Positions 23,275 through 33,982 of a stretch of 64,000 bases of DNA are shown piece after piece. The stretch is taken from the NCBI GenBank assembly GCA_963842525.1, contig CAWJGT010000011.1, positions 32,001 to 96,000 of the forward strand. The letters run 5' to 3'. The notes beneath the pieces are model-generated. The model had not been told where the DNA came from. It saw only the letters and a list, made by a program, of their open reading frames with translations, and searched no databases. Position numbers and translations under genes: made by a program. The DNA comes from an uncultured Holophagales bacterium (lineage in GTDB: Bacteria > Acidobacteriota > Thermoanaerobaculia > Multivoradales > UBA5704). The first letter of the stretch is position 1. Each line of letters opens with the position of its first letter.

Positions 23275-24373
23275 AGAGAAGCCGCAGCGGCTGCGGCAGC
23301 TCTCGTCGATCGACCTGGGCCTCGCCCTGTCGGCCCTGCTGCTGGCCGCCATCGGCCTGGCCACCGTGCACAGCGCCAGCTCCGAGATGCCGGTCGACTA
23401 CTTCCCCCGGCAGGCCGCCTGGGTCGGCATCGGCCTGGTGCTCCTCGTGGCGGCCATGAGCATCGACTATCACGTGCTGCTCGACCTGTCGGTGGTCCTC
23501 TACGGCCTCGGCCTGGTGTCGCTCGTCCTGGTGCTCTTCATCGGCGTGGAACGCGGCGGCGCCGCGAACTGGATCCAGATCGGTCCCTGGCAGTTCCAGC
23601 CGTCGGAGTTCGCCAAGCTGGCGACGGCCCTCTTCGCGGCCCGCTACCTTGCCGGCCTCAACGTCCGGTTCCTGGAGCTGCGCCACATCGTGACGGCGGT
23701 CCTGATCGTCGGCGTCCCCATTGTGCTGGTCGCCATCGAGCCCGACATGGGCGGCGCCGCCATGTACACGCCGCTGCTCGCCGGCATGCTGCTGGTGTCC
23801 GGCATCCGGCTGCGCCTGCTGGTGGCGACGGCGCTGATCGCCATCGTCCTCGGCGGCGCCGTCTGGACCTTCGGCATGAAGCCCTACCAGCGCGAGCGGG
23901 TGGTGACCTTCCTCAATCCGGAGAGCGATCCCCTGGGGGCCGGCTACCAGGTGCGCCAGAGCAAGATCGCGGTGGGCTCGGGCAAGCTGGTGGGCAAGGG
24001 CTACATGCAGGGGACGCAGAGCCAGCTCCGCTTCCTCCCCGCGCGGCACACCGACTTCATCCTCTCGGTGCTCGCCGAGGAGTGGGGGTTCGTCGGCATC
24101 CTCACCGTGCTCGGCTTCTACGCGCTCTACATCTGGAGCGCCGCCCGCATCGCCATGCGGGCGCGCGACCGCGCCGGCATCCTGCTGGTGACGGGCCTCC
24201 TTTCGATCACCTGCTTCCACGTGCTCTACAACACCGCCATGGTCGTCGGGTTCCTCCCGATCACCGGCATCCCCCTTCCCTTTCTCTCCTACGGCGGGTC
24301 CTTCACCATGGTGAGCTTCATCGCCACGGGGATCATCCTGGGGGTCGACCTCCGGCGGTACGTAAACAGGTGA
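23231..24373 (+). CDS. rodA: Rod shape-determining protein RodA
   Basis: QPSEFAK, EPDMG, HTDFI, GIPLPFLSYGGS. Confidence 0.95.
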   Translation: MQNISRSISLPSLAEEKPQRLRQLSSIDLGLALSALLLAAIGLATVHSASSEMPVDYFPRQAAWVGIGLVLLVAAMSIDYHVLLDLSVVLYGLGLVSLVLVLFIGVERGGAANWIQIGPWQFQPSEFAKLATALFAARYLAGLNVRFLELRHIVTAVLIVGVPIVLVAIEPDMGGAAMYTPLLAGMLLVSGIRLRLLVATALIAIVLGGAVWTFGMKPYQRERVVTFLNPESDPLGAGYQVRQSKIAVGSGKLVGKGYMQGTQSQLRFLPARHTDFILSVLAEEWGFVGILTVLGFYALYIWSAARIAMRARDRAGILLVTGLLSITCFHVLYNTAMVVGFLPITGIPLPFLSYGGSFTMVSFIATGIILGVDLRRYVNR

Positions 24374-25908
24374 TGACTCAGAAGATGCTGATCGAGAGCG
24401 ATCCGCACCAGACGCGGATCGCGGTGCTCGAAGACGACCGGCTGACCGAGATCTTCGTCGAGCGCCACCGCCACCGCGGGCTGGTGGGCAACGTCTACAA
24501 GGGGCGGGTCACGCGCGTGCTGCCGGGGATGCAGGCGGCCTTCGTGGACGTGGGGCTGGAGCGCGACGCCTTCCTCTACGTCAGCGACGTGGCGAGCGAC
24601 GTCGAGGCCATGGAAGAGCTGGAGATCGAGGACACCCGCGCCGAGGAGCCGGCTCATGGCGCAAATGGCGTCACGACCGCCACCGCCGCTCCGCACCACG
24701 GGCCGGCGCCGTCCATCGACGAGTTGCTCAAGCAGGGCCAGGAGATCATCGTCCAGGTCGTCAAGGACCCGCTGCCGAACAAGGGCGCGCGCATCAGCAC
24801 CCACGTCACCCTGCCGGGGCGGTACCTGGTGCTCCTGCCGACTGTGCGGCACTTCGGCGTCTCGCGGCGGATCGAGGACGAGGCCGAGCGCGAGCGCCTC
24901 CTCGCCCTCCTCGGCCAGCTCCCGGTGACCACCGGCGGCCTCATCGTGCGCACCGTGGGCGAGGGCAAGGGGGGCGAGGAATTCGAGAGCGACCTGCAAT
25001 ACCTCTCCCGCCTCTGGGAGAAGATCCGCCAGCGCGCCGCCAAGGTCTCGGCGCCCACCCTGCTCCACCAGGACCTCGACCTCGCCCTGCGCACCGTGCG
25101 CGACCTCCTGCGCCAGGACTTCAGCGTCCTCTGGGTCGACGGCGAGGAGACCTACGAGCGGATCGTCGAGTTCCTCGACCAGGTGCAGCCCGGGCTGGTC
25201 GGCAAGGTCAAGCTCTTCCGCCAGCGGGCGACCCTCTTCGAGCAGTTCGGGATCGAGGAGCAGATCGAGGCAGCCCTCAAGAGCAAAGTCTGGCTCAAGT
25301 CGGGCGGCTACATCGTGATCAACCAGACCGAGGCCCTGGTGGCGATCGACGTCAACACCGGCCGGTTCGTCGGGCAGAGCAACCTGGAGGACACGGTGCT
25401 CCAGACGAACCTCGAAGCCGTGCAGGAGATCGTGCGCCAGATCCGCCTGCGCGACCTGGGCGGTATCATCGTGATCGACCTGATCGACATGATCGAGCAG
25501 GAGCACCGCGAGCAGGTCTTCAGCGCCCTCGAAGCCGAGCTGCGGAAGGACCGCGCCAAGACCAAGATGCTCAATATTTCAGAATTTGGCCTGGTGGAGA
25601 TCACGCGCAAGCGGAGCCGGGCCAACCTGGAGCGGCTGCTCACCCAGACCTGCCCCTACTGCTCCGGCCGCGGGCGCATCAAGTCGATCGCCACGATCTG
25701 CCTCAACCTGCGCAAAGAGCTGCTCCGGCTGCGCGGCCGCCTCGCCCAATCCGAGGTCCTCCTGCGCGTCCACCCCGAGGTCGCCCGCGCCCTGCAGCAG
25801 GAGGAGCGCGCCATCCTGGACGAGCTGGAGCGGACCTTGGAGGTCAAGCTCCTCCTCCAGAGCGACCCCGAGCTCCACCACGAGAGATTCGATGTCGTGG
25901 AGGTGTGA
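24373..25908 (+). CDS. rng: Ribonuclease G (Rne/Rng family)
   Basis: GNVYKGRVTRVLPGMQAAFVD, AIDVNTG, RLRDLGGIIVID, CPYC..GRG. Confidence 0.92.
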   Translation: MTQKMLIESDPHQTRIAVLEDDRLTEIFVERHRHRGLVGNVYKGRVTRVLPGMQAAFVDVGLERDAFLYVSDVASDVEAMEELEIEDTRAEEPAHGANGVTTATAAPHHGPAPSIDELLKQGQEIIVQVVKDPLPNKGARISTHVTLPGRYLVLLPTVRHFGVSRRIEDEAERERLLALLGQLPVTTGGLIVRTVGEGKGGEEFESDLQYLSRLWEKIRQRAAKVSAPTLLHQDLDLALRTVRDLLRQDFSVLWVDGEETYERIVEFLDQVQPGLVGKVKLFRQRATLFEQFGIEEQIEAALKSKVWLKSGGYIVINQTEALVAIDVNTGRFVGQSNLEDTVLQTNLEAVQEIVRQIRLRDLGGIIVIDLIDMIEQEHREQVFSALEAELRKDRAKTKMLNISEFGLVEITRKRSRANLERLLTQTCPYCSGRGRIKSIATICLNLRKELLRLRGRLAQSEVLLRVHPEVARALQQEERAILDELERTLEVKLLLQSDPELHHERFDVVEV

Positions 25909-28042
25909 GGTCGCGGAGGGGTACCAGCCGATCGATGTGGAGCGCGAGGTGGCCCGCCTGACCGACCCGGCGTCGGCGGTGAAGACCTTGCATTGGGGCC
26001 GCAACTACCTCTACGTGGCCCGGCTGGAAACTTTGGATGGGCCGGTCGACGTCGTCGTCAAGCAGTTCCGCCATCTCAGCAGAAAGGACCGCCTGAGCCG
26101 CCGTTGGCGCGGCAGCAAGGCGCAGCGGAGCTGGCGGGCCGCCCATGCTTTGCTGGCCGCCGGGATCCTCACCCCCGAGCCGGTGCTGTGGATCGAGTCG
26201 GAGGACGAAGCCGGCCCTTCCTTCTATATCTGCCGTTTCCTGCCGGACACCCTGGAGGCGCGCTACCTGGTGCGGGCCGCCAACGCGGGGCGGGAACGCG
26301 AGGAGTTTCCAGGGGTCGATTTCCCCAGCTTCCTCGACGAGCTCGGGCGGACCGCCCGCCGCCTCCACGACGCCGGCTTCTGGCATCGCGACCTGTCGAG
26401 CGGCAACGTCCTCCTGCGCTGCGACGCGGCCGGCATCCCCACCGCACTCTGGCTCGTCGACCTGAACCGCACCCGGATCGGCCGCGTCCCGACCACGTCC
26501 GAGCGCCTGCGCGACCTCGCCCGCATGCCGCTGCACCGTCCCGAGCACCGGCAGCGGTACCTCGACGCCTACTGGGGCACCGAGGGAGGAGGCGGCGCGC
26601 GAAAAGCCCTCTACCTTGCCTACCATCACGGCTGGATCGGAAAGAACCGGGCCAAACAGGGCCTGCGAGGTGCCACCCGCAAGATGCGCGACCTCGTCCT
26701 GCCACGAGTGGCGCACGCCCATATCCCCGAGGCGCCTGCGGAGGCGGGAGTCCGTGACCGGGTGGTCTGGGACCACCTGTCGGACCAGCCCCACCAGCAC
26801 GCCGGCCGTCTGGACAAGCTGCGGGTCCGGCTCGCCGATGTCCGGGCGCACGCAGGGGAGGGGGCCGCGGTCGCCAGGGCCCTGCCGCGGATCTGGCGCC
26901 GCTACAGGGAGCTGCGGGCTGATTTGTACCGGGCCCCGGTCGACTTCCGCGGCCTCGGCATCGCGCTCCGCCCCTGGCCGGAAGCGCCGGACGCCCTGCT
27001 CGGCCTGCTCGACGAGCTGGCGCCGCGGCATGTCCTCCTCCGCCTCCACCCCTGGGAGGACGACCACACGGCCGAGGAGGAGCTCGCCCGCGAGATCGCC
27101 GCCCGCGGCTGCGAGCTGACCTTCGCCCTGCCCCAGAACCGCGACCTGGTGAAGGACCCGGCGCGCTGGCAAGCCGCGATCGAGCGCATCGCCGAGGCCT
27201 TCACTCCCTACGGCCGAAGGTTCCAGATCGGCCAGGCCATCAACCGCAGCAAATGGGGGATCTGGAACCTCGGCGAGTTCGTGAGCCTCGCCCGCACCGC
27301 GTCCGACATCCTGCGCCGGCAGGAAGGCATCGAGCTGCTCGGCCCGGCGGTGATCGACTTCGAGCACCACGTCACCGCCGCGGTGCTGAACCTGCCGGAC
27401 CCCGGCTTCCGGTTCGACGCGGCCTCGGCCCTCCTCTATGTCGACCGCCGCGGCGCGCCCGAGAACCCCCAGGCCGGCTTCGACACGGTCGGCAAGGTCA
27501 CGCTCCTCAAGGCCATCGCGGAGACCGCCCGCAACAGCACCGGCCGCTGCTGGATCACCGAGGTCAACTGGCCGCTCTGGGAGGGTCCGCACTCGCCGGC
27601 CGGCCGTGCCGTCTCGGTCGACGAGGAGTCCCAGGCCGACTACCTCGCCCGCTACGACCTGCTGGCCCTGGGGACCGGGCTTGTCGAAAGGGTCTTCTGG
27701 TGGCAGCTCGTGGCCCGCGGCTACGGTTTGGTCGACCCCGCCGATCCCGCGCACCCAAGACGGCGGCCGGCTTTCTTCGCCCTGAAGACCCTGCTCCAGG
27801 AGCTGGAAGGCACCCGCCTCGAAGAGGTCCTCCCCGCGCCGCCGCCCGCCCGGCTCTACCGCTTCCGGAGGCCCGACGGCTCGGAGCTGGTGGCCGGCTG
27901 GAGCACCGGTCCGCCGGTCCGTGTCACCCTGCCCCGTCCAGCCGCGGCAGTGATCGGGAGGAGCGGCGAGGAGCTGCCGGTGCCGGGCGGCACGGAGATC
28001 GAGCTGGCCTCGGGGCCGCGGTACGTCCTCCTGCAGCGTTGA
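25892..28042 (+). CDS. LPS-kinase (Kdo/WaaP/InaA)-like domain fused to a glycoside-hydrolase-like TIM barrel
   Basis: VVKQF, HRDLSSGN and VDLNR kinase motifs; WITEVNW...VERVFWW...GYGLVD GH-A-like motifs. Confidence 0.7.
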   Translation: MSWRCEVAEGYQPIDVEREVARLTDPASAVKTLHWGRNYLYVARLETLDGPVDVVVKQFRHLSRKDRLSRRWRGSKAQRSWRAAHALLAAGILTPEPVLWIESEDEAGPSFYICRFLPDTLEARYLVRAANAGREREEFPGVDFPSFLDELGRTARRLHDAGFWHRDLSSGNVLLRCDAAGIPTALWLVDLNRTRIGRVPTTSERLRDLARMPLHRPEHRQRYLDAYWGTEGGGGARKALYLAYHHGWIGKNRAKQGLRGATRKMRDLVLPRVAHAHIPEAPAEAGVRDRVVWDHLSDQPHQHAGRLDKLRVRLADVRAHAGEGAAVARALPRIWRRYRELRADLYRAPVDFRGLGIALRPWPEAPDALLGLLDELAPRHVLLRLHPWEDDHTAEEELAREIAARGCELTFALPQNRDLVKDPARWQAAIERIAEAFTPYGRRFQIGQAINRSKWGIWNLGEFVSLARTASDILRRQEGIELLGPAVIDFEHHVTAAVLNLPDPGFRFDAASALLYVDRRGAPENPQAGFDTVGKVTLLKAIAETARNSTGRCWITEVNWPLWEGPHSPAGRAVSVDEESQADYLARYDLLALGTGLVERVFWWQLVARGYGLVDPADPAHPRRRPAFFALKTLLQELEGTRLEEVLPAPPPARLYRFRRPDGSELVAGWSTGPPVRVTLPRPAAAVIGRSGEELPVPGGTEIELASGPRYVLLQR

Positions 28043-28112
28043 CGCGGCGCCGAGTACCCCCTTTCAGGAGAGAGGAAGCTCTTCTGGTTGTGAGGAAGAC
28101 GGAGCGGGTGGA

Positions 28113-28337
28113 CTACGCGGCGTACCGGAGGATCTCGACCTCGGCGCCGTTCCGGATCGCGGCTTCAGCCCGTTCCAGGATCTGGGATGTGACGGCTTCA
28201 GACAGGTAGTACTCGCCACAGTTTTCGCAGACATCCCCGGGAACTTCTTTGAGGATGACGGTCGTTTCTCCCCGATCGAGGACCACCGTGACCCGGCAGG
28301 GACGCGTCTCGCCATGACGACAGAGAGTGCAGGTCAT
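28113..28337 (-). CDS. YgiT-type zinc finger / MqsA-family antitoxin
   Basis: CTLC...VPGDVCENCGEYY. Confidence 0.88.
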   Translation of the reverse strand: MTCTLCRHGETRPCRVTVVLDRGETTVILKEVPGDVCENCGEYYLSEAVTSQILERAEAAIRNGAEVEILRYAA

Positions 28338-28455
28338 GGTGTCTTCCTCCTCTTGAAATCAGACTCCCACAGGTCGGAATCCGGGGAGTATACGGTGACC
28401 ACCTGGCAATTTCCGCCGGCCGGGTCGACCGCGACCACGACATGGAGGGGCCTGC
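28334..28455 (-). pseudogene. DUF4258-type toxin, 3' remnant
   Basis: GRPLHVVVAVD...VVTVYSPDSDLWESDFKRR; stop overlaps the YgiT start; 5' part replaced by a transposase fragment. Confidence 0.7.
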
Positions 28456-29015
28456 CGCCGCCCGATCTTCGCTCGTCAAGGGCATCGGCAGCCGCTCCAG
28501 CCAGCGCGCCAGAAAGGCCTCGATCTGCTCCGCTCCCAGGAGCTACAAATCTCCTGCAGGGCCTGCGGATCGCCACACTCGAGAAATCCGTTGTCCAGGG
28601 CCGTGTAGGCAATCCCCCGTTTGTCCAACTGGCGTTTGGCCCACTCATGTCCGTTGAGGCATACCTTCAAAGCCCAGGGCGCATAGCTGCACACCTTCAC
28701 GAATGCCGGACCGAATTCTTCGTCATCAACATAGAAGTAGTAGTGGTTCACGTATACCGTCTTGCCCCGCGTGTACTCGAACCGCCCTGCTCCCTCCTCC
28801 TTGGTCTGCTTGCCCGAAAAGGCCTTGGCCTTCTCCTGAGCCACCCCGATGAAGACCACCTCCCCCCGAACGTTGCGCTCTCGGCGCATCTGATTCGCTC
28901 GGTCGTCCTTCCTCTCCCCAGGCTCAAACTTGATCCACGGGATTTCGTTCTCCGCAGCAAACGTTTCTACCCTTTTCCGAAAGCTCGATGTGAGTTGGCC
29001 CAGGATCGCTGGCGG
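28456..29015 (-). mobile_element. Internal fragment of an unclassified transposase-like gene
   Basis: FEPGERKDD...VVFIGVAQEKA...VNHYYFYVDDEEFGPAFVKVCSYAPW...LNGHEWAKRQL...DNGF; both ends missing. Confidence 0.6.
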
Positions 29016-29281
29016 ACACTCTCTCCCCTCGTCGGTTTGAGGCCGCAGGCTTCGCTAGGTGCCAGGGGTTTCTTGGAGGCGGTTCGGGCGCCGTGGCCCC
29101 GTGGGCTGTCCGGACGCCGCGGCGCGGTTGGCCGTCTGCCGAACCCAAGGCAGCAGAGCCCGCTAAAGAATCAAGGGGGCCGGCAGGAAGCCGGCCCTCT
29201 CTGTCTGCAAGGATTCCATAGCCGCTAACGGCATCTGGCTGACCGACCACGTGCCGCCCGGCTACCTGTCGGGCTGGCCCG

Positions 29282-31885
29282 CTAGGGCAGGATCTCGACG
29301 TACCCGTCTGTTCCATGCACGCGGATCCGCTGCCCATCCCGGATCAGCCGGGTGGCATGCTCCACCCCCACGACGGCCGGCAATCCGTACTCCCGGGCGA
29401 TCACCGCGCCATGCGTCATCAGGCCTCCCACCTCCGTCACCAGCCCCGTGATGGCGACGAACAGCGGCGTCCAACTGGGGTCGGTGTAGGCGGTGACCAG
29501 GATGTCGCCCGGTTCGAGATCGGCCTCCGCCAGGTCCAGGATGACGCGGGCCCGCCCCTCGATGGTCCCGGCGGAAACCGGCAAGCCGACCAGCGCGCCG
29601 TCCGGCAAATCGTCTCGCCGGTACGAACCGGCGATGCCCTCGCCCTCCGACGTGAGCACCCGGGGCGGCGTGAGCGCCCGATACGACGCGAACGCGTCCT
29701 TGCGCTGGCGGATGAGCTGGTCGTCCACCTGCTGCGTGCGCACCACGTCCTCGAGCTCGTCGAACCTGAGGTAGAAGACGTCGTCCTTGTCCCGCAGGAC
29801 GCCGGCCTGCACGAGGCGCTCGGCTTCTTCCACCAAGGCCTGCTTGTAGACGAAGTTGCGGCTGACCATGCCGTACTTCGGGTACTCCCGGTATCCGGCG
29901 AACGTCCGGACACGGTCGATCATCCGCTTGGTCTCTGCGGCCTTCTGGTCCCCTTCCGGCAGCGCGCGCAAACGCTCGAGCAGCTCCTGCTCCTTGCTCC
30001 AGGCCTCCCGCCGCCCCTGCTCGAAGCGCCGCTTCGCGGCGCCCGGCTCGAAGTTCCTGACGTTGCCCAGGAGCATCGGCACGAGCGTGGAGGGGCGCTC
30101 GGTCCACCGCGGCCGCGTGATGTCGATCTCACCGACGCCGCGCATGCCGTACCTGTCGAGCCAGGCGCGGATGGCGTCTCGCGCTTCGCTCCCGCCCGCG
30201 AGCTTGGGCAACTCGTTCAGAAACCCCTCGTCTTCCACGTGCTGGAGAAATGCCACCACCTCCGGATGCGGGCGGATCACGTCGGCGACGTCGAGGAGCG
30301 CGAGGCCCATCTCCGACGTGACGTTGTTGGGCACGGACTGCGAGAGCGTGTCGGCGGCGTTCTTCTCGCCCAGCCACTCCTGCAGCTTGTCGTTGAGCCA
30401 CCAGGCGGCCTCCATCCCCGCGAGGATCACCCGCATGCTTTGCGGATCGAACTGGAACTGCTTCAGCTCCTGGATGTCCGTCCGGATGAAGTCGAGCAGC
30501 GCGGCCCCCGACTTCGCCTGAATGTCGCGCTTCAACGCAGCGATCGAAGCCTCGCTGCGCGCGATCAGCTCGGCGGGGATGGCCGGATCGGTCTCGAGCG
30601 GAGCGTGCCCGCTCCCAGGGACCGACCAGCCGGGTGCCGCGTCTGGAAGCGACGGAATGAAGTCGCCACGGTCGAGAATGGTCTGGAGCGCGTCTCCGAT
30701 CAGCGGATCGGACTTCCCCAGCGCGCTCACCAGGCTGTCGCGACTCGCCGCTGAAGCGAGCCCCTTCGTGACGTCGACGAACAGTCGGCCGCCTGCCTCG
30801 GCCATCGGCGCCCGGGTCGTCATCTGCCAGTAACTGAGTCCCAGAGGCTTCATGGGGTCGGTCATCATCTGCTGATGGCCGACGGAGACATAGACGTGGT
30901 TCTCCCCGTCGGCTGGTGCCGGGAGGGGGAACAGCGTGGTGATCGGCCGGCTCTGGACGACGTGGAAGTCGCCGTCGGCCAGGCACCACTCGATGTCCTG
31001 CGGGCGGCCGAAGTGCGCCTCGATCCGCCGGCCCAGTTCCGCGAGCCGCACGACCTGGGCATCCGTCAGCGCTGGCTGCTCCTGCCGCCCCCGCTCGATC
31101 GCCTGTTCCTGCGTCCCGCCTGCCGGCGACGCGTGGATGGCGAGCTGCTTGGTGCCGACCTGCCTGGCGACGACCTCGCCGTCCCGCACCTTGTAGACGT
31201 CCGGGTTCACCAGGCCGGAGACCAGGGCCTCGCCGAGTCCGAAGCTGGCCTCCACGGAGGCGACCTTCCGGTTGCCCGTGACGGGATCGGCCGTGAACAG
31301 GATGCCGGATGCCTGCGGGAAGACCATCCGCTGCACGACCACGGCCATCTGGACCTTCCGGTGGTCGAAGCCGTTCCGCAGGCGGTAGGTCACGGCCCGC
31401 TCGGTGAACAGCGAGGCCCAGCACCGGCTGACGTGCTGGAGGATCGCCGCCGGCCCCACGACGTTCAGGTACGTGTCCTGCTGGCCCGCGAAAGAGGCCG
31501 TCGGCAAGTCCTCCGCCGTCGCGCTGGATCGGACGGCGTAGGCGGCTTGCTCGCCGAGCCGGGCGAGCGGGCGGGTAATCGCCTCCGCCAGATCGTCGGG
31601 GATGGCGATCCCTTCGAGGGTCCGGCGGATCTCCGCGCTGAGCGCGCGGATCGCCTCCTGGTCGTCCGGCTTCAGGCGCGACAGCCGATCGAGCCAGTTA
31701 TAGAGCGACGGGATCGACGGCGCTTCCGCCATGATCCGCTGGAAGGCGTCCGTCGTCACGCAAAAGCCAGCCGGCACGCGGATACCTTCGATCCGCGAAA
31801 GCTCCCCCAGGTGCGCGCCCTTGCCGCCAACGACCGCGACCTGCGTCTGGTCGATCTCCTGGAAAACCAACACGTAGCAGCCCAT
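29282..31885 (-). CDS. rph: Rifamycin-inactivating phosphotransferase
   Basis: 867 aa; ATP-grasp (GGKGAHLGEL, VRSSATAEDLPTASFAGQQDT, DIEW, QSRPITT), rifamycin-binding middle domain (VSVGHQQMMTDPMKPLG, REYPKY), His-swivel GGLMTHGAVIAREYG. Confidence 0.9.
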   Translation of the reverse strand: MGCYVLVFQEIDQTQVAVVGGKGAHLGELSRIEGIRVPAGFCVTTDAFQRIMAEAPSIPSLYNWLDRLSRLKPDDQEAIRALSAEIRRTLEGIAIPDDLAEAITRPLARLGEQAAYAVRSSATAEDLPTASFAGQQDTYLNVVGPAAILQHVSRCWASLFTERAVTYRLRNGFDHRKVQMAVVVQRMVFPQASGILFTADPVTGNRKVASVEASFGLGEALVSGLVNPDVYKVRDGEVVARQVGTKQLAIHASPAGGTQEQAIERGRQEQPALTDAQVVRLAELGRRIEAHFGRPQDIEWCLADGDFHVVQSRPITTLFPLPAPADGENHVYVSVGHQQMMTDPMKPLGLSYWQMTTRAPMAEAGGRLFVDVTKGLASAASRDSLVSALGKSDPLIGDALQTILDRGDFIPSLPDAAPGWSVPGSGHAPLETDPAIPAELIARSEASIAALKRDIQAKSGAALLDFIRTDIQELKQFQFDPQSMRVILAGMEAAWWLNDKLQEWLGEKNAADTLSQSVPNNVTSEMGLALLDVADVIRPHPEVVAFLQHVEDEGFLNELPKLAGGSEARDAIRAWLDRYGMRGVGEIDITRPRWTERPSTLVPMLLGNVRNFEPGAAKRRFEQGRREAWSKEQELLERLRALPEGDQKAAETKRMIDRVRTFAGYREYPKYGMVSRNFVYKQALVEEAERLVQAGVLRDKDDVFYLRFDELEDVVRTQQVDDQLIRQRKDAFASYRALTPPRVLTSEGEGIAGSYRRDDLPDGALVGLPVSAGTIEGRARVILDLAEADLEPGDILVTAYTDPSWTPLFVAITGLVTEVGGLMTHGAVIAREYGLPAVVGVEHATRLIRDGQRIRVHGTDGYVEILP

Positions 31886-32022
31886 CCGCTCACCTCACCC
31901 TCTCGCAAGTCCTACCATCGGTTCAACGTCGTCCCCGCGCGACCCATACATCGACAACAAGACGGACGGCGGGAGGAGGGTCCTCCCGCCGTGCGGGGAA
32001 ACGAGGTGCTGGGACCGGCCGC

Positions 32023-33547
32023 TCAGAACTGCGACCAGAGGAACTGGTTCGTGACCTCGTGGTGGTACTGCACCTCGGAGGCCTTGATGAGGGTGCCGAG
32101 GGCCTTGGGGCAGCGTTCGGCCTGGGCGAGCTTGATCTCGGCGAACTTGGCGTGCACCTCCTCCCCCAACACCTCCTGCATGAACCGGCTCCCCTTGAAC
32201 AGCCGGATGGCGTCGTAGATGTTGTCCGGCAGGAAGCGGGTGCGCGGCCGCTTGTCCCCATCCTCCTCGCTCTGGGGGCCTTCGAGCCCGGTCTTGAGCA
32301 GGGTGTAGATCGCCATGTACGGGTTGGCGTCGGGAGCGATGGAGCGCACCTCGACGCGTGCCGAGCGCTCGTTGCCGAGGGGGATGCGCACCATGGAGCC
32401 GCGGTCGATGGCCGAGGCCTTGATCTGGTTGGGCGCCTCGAAGTGGGGGTCGAGGCGGCGGTACGAGTTGACGCTCGAGTTGAGCACCAGGCAGATGTCC
32501 GTGGCGCTGGCCAGGATGCGGCTGATGAAGTCCCAGCCGGCGGCCGAAAGACCGTCCTTGCCGTCCTTCTCGTAGAAGAGATTGGTCGACTGGCGGGTCA
32601 CCGAGAGGTTGGTGTGCATGCCCGAACCGTTGATGCCGGTCACCGGCTTGGGCAGGAAGCTCGCCGTCATCCCCAGGCGCGCCGCGACCTGCCGGGAGAG
32701 CAGCTTGTAGAGCTGCACCTGGTCGGCGGCCACCGAGGCCTCGGTGTAGCTGTAGTTCATCTCGAACTGCGAGGGCGCCACCTCCGGGTGGTCCTTCTCG
32801 TTGGCGAAGCCCATGGCCCGCTGCACCTCGGCGGCGGTGTCGATGAACTGCCGCAGGGCGTCGCCCGGCAGCGAGTGGTAATAGCCGCCCGTGGAGATGA
32901 ACTCGAAGCGGCCGGTCTCGTGGTAGGCTGCGCTCCGCGTCGCGCCCGCGGAAGAGGAAGCCCTCGATCTCGTTGGCGGCGTGGGCGACCATGCCGTCCT
33001 TGGCGTACAGCTTGTCGGTGTACCCCTTGAGCAGGGCCCGCATGTCGGCGCTGTACGGGCTGCCGTCGCGCTCGCGGACCTCGCCGAAGGCCAGCACCTT
33101 GCCGGGGCCGAAGATGTCCGACGGCAGCCAGTAGAAGGCCGGCCAGTCGACCGCCAGTCGCAGGTCCGACTCCTGCTGCCGCGAGAAGCCGCGGATCGAC
33201 GAGCCGTCGAAGGTCAGATTGTCCGCCGCCTTGAGCAGGAACTTCTTGTCATAGTCCAGCATGTGCAGCCGGCCTTCGAGGTCGGTGAAACACACGGTGA
33301 CCGCCTTGATGCGCTTCTCGTCGTTGAGATAGCGCATCCGCTGTTCGCGGACCACGTCGGCGGGCCGCCGGGCCAGCCGCTCCTCCTTGGCCTCGAGGTT
33401 CATCTCCTCCAACTGGTCGTAGGGGATCTCCAGAAAGTCGCGCAGCCCCGGATGCGAGGAGCGGGGCGCCGGCCGCGCCATCTCCTCCAGCTTCTCCGGG
33501 GTCATGGCCGCGAGCGCCTCGGCTCGGCTCGGCTCTGTTGGGTGCAT
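32023..33547 (-). CDS. glnA: Glutamine synthetase family protein (frameshift near 32930)
   Basis: FDGSSIRGF, HPEVAPSQFE, PKPVTGINGSGMHTN, NSYRRL, EVRSIAPDANPY. Confidence 0.88.
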
Positions 33548-33982
33548 GGTTCCCTCCTTGGATTGGCGCGCTGCCCTTTAGCCTAGATTCTACACGAACT
33601 AACCTAGCTGTCAACATGTCTAGCCTAAATACCCGTCGATTTAGTCTAACTGCGAGCCCCGTTACGCTCCCCTGCGCCGCCGCCGAGGGATAAGAAGGGC
33701 CTGAACCGTCGCGCAGGGACGTTCGAACAGGGCGCCTTCCACGGGCGCCTGATCGTCCTGTCCGGGAGGAGCGCCCGGGAGGAGCGCCAGGTGTTTCGCG
33801 ACTGTTCCGCATCTCCTGGAGATCCGGCCCGATGACCTCTTCGGGGATGCAGGTCCACCAGTTGAGGTCCAGGGCGGCGAGGTTACTCCCCAAGATGGGT
33901 CAAGGCTCGCTCGATCAGCGAGTCCGAGGCGGGGTAGAACCGTTCCTTGGCAACCGAGGAAACCCCTGAGCCGCAGGGGTGG

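Noticed and set aside
33550-33980. Glutamine riboswitch or GlnR box upstream of glnA
   Set aside because: An AT-rich promoter-like patch is present, but I could not match a convincing consensus
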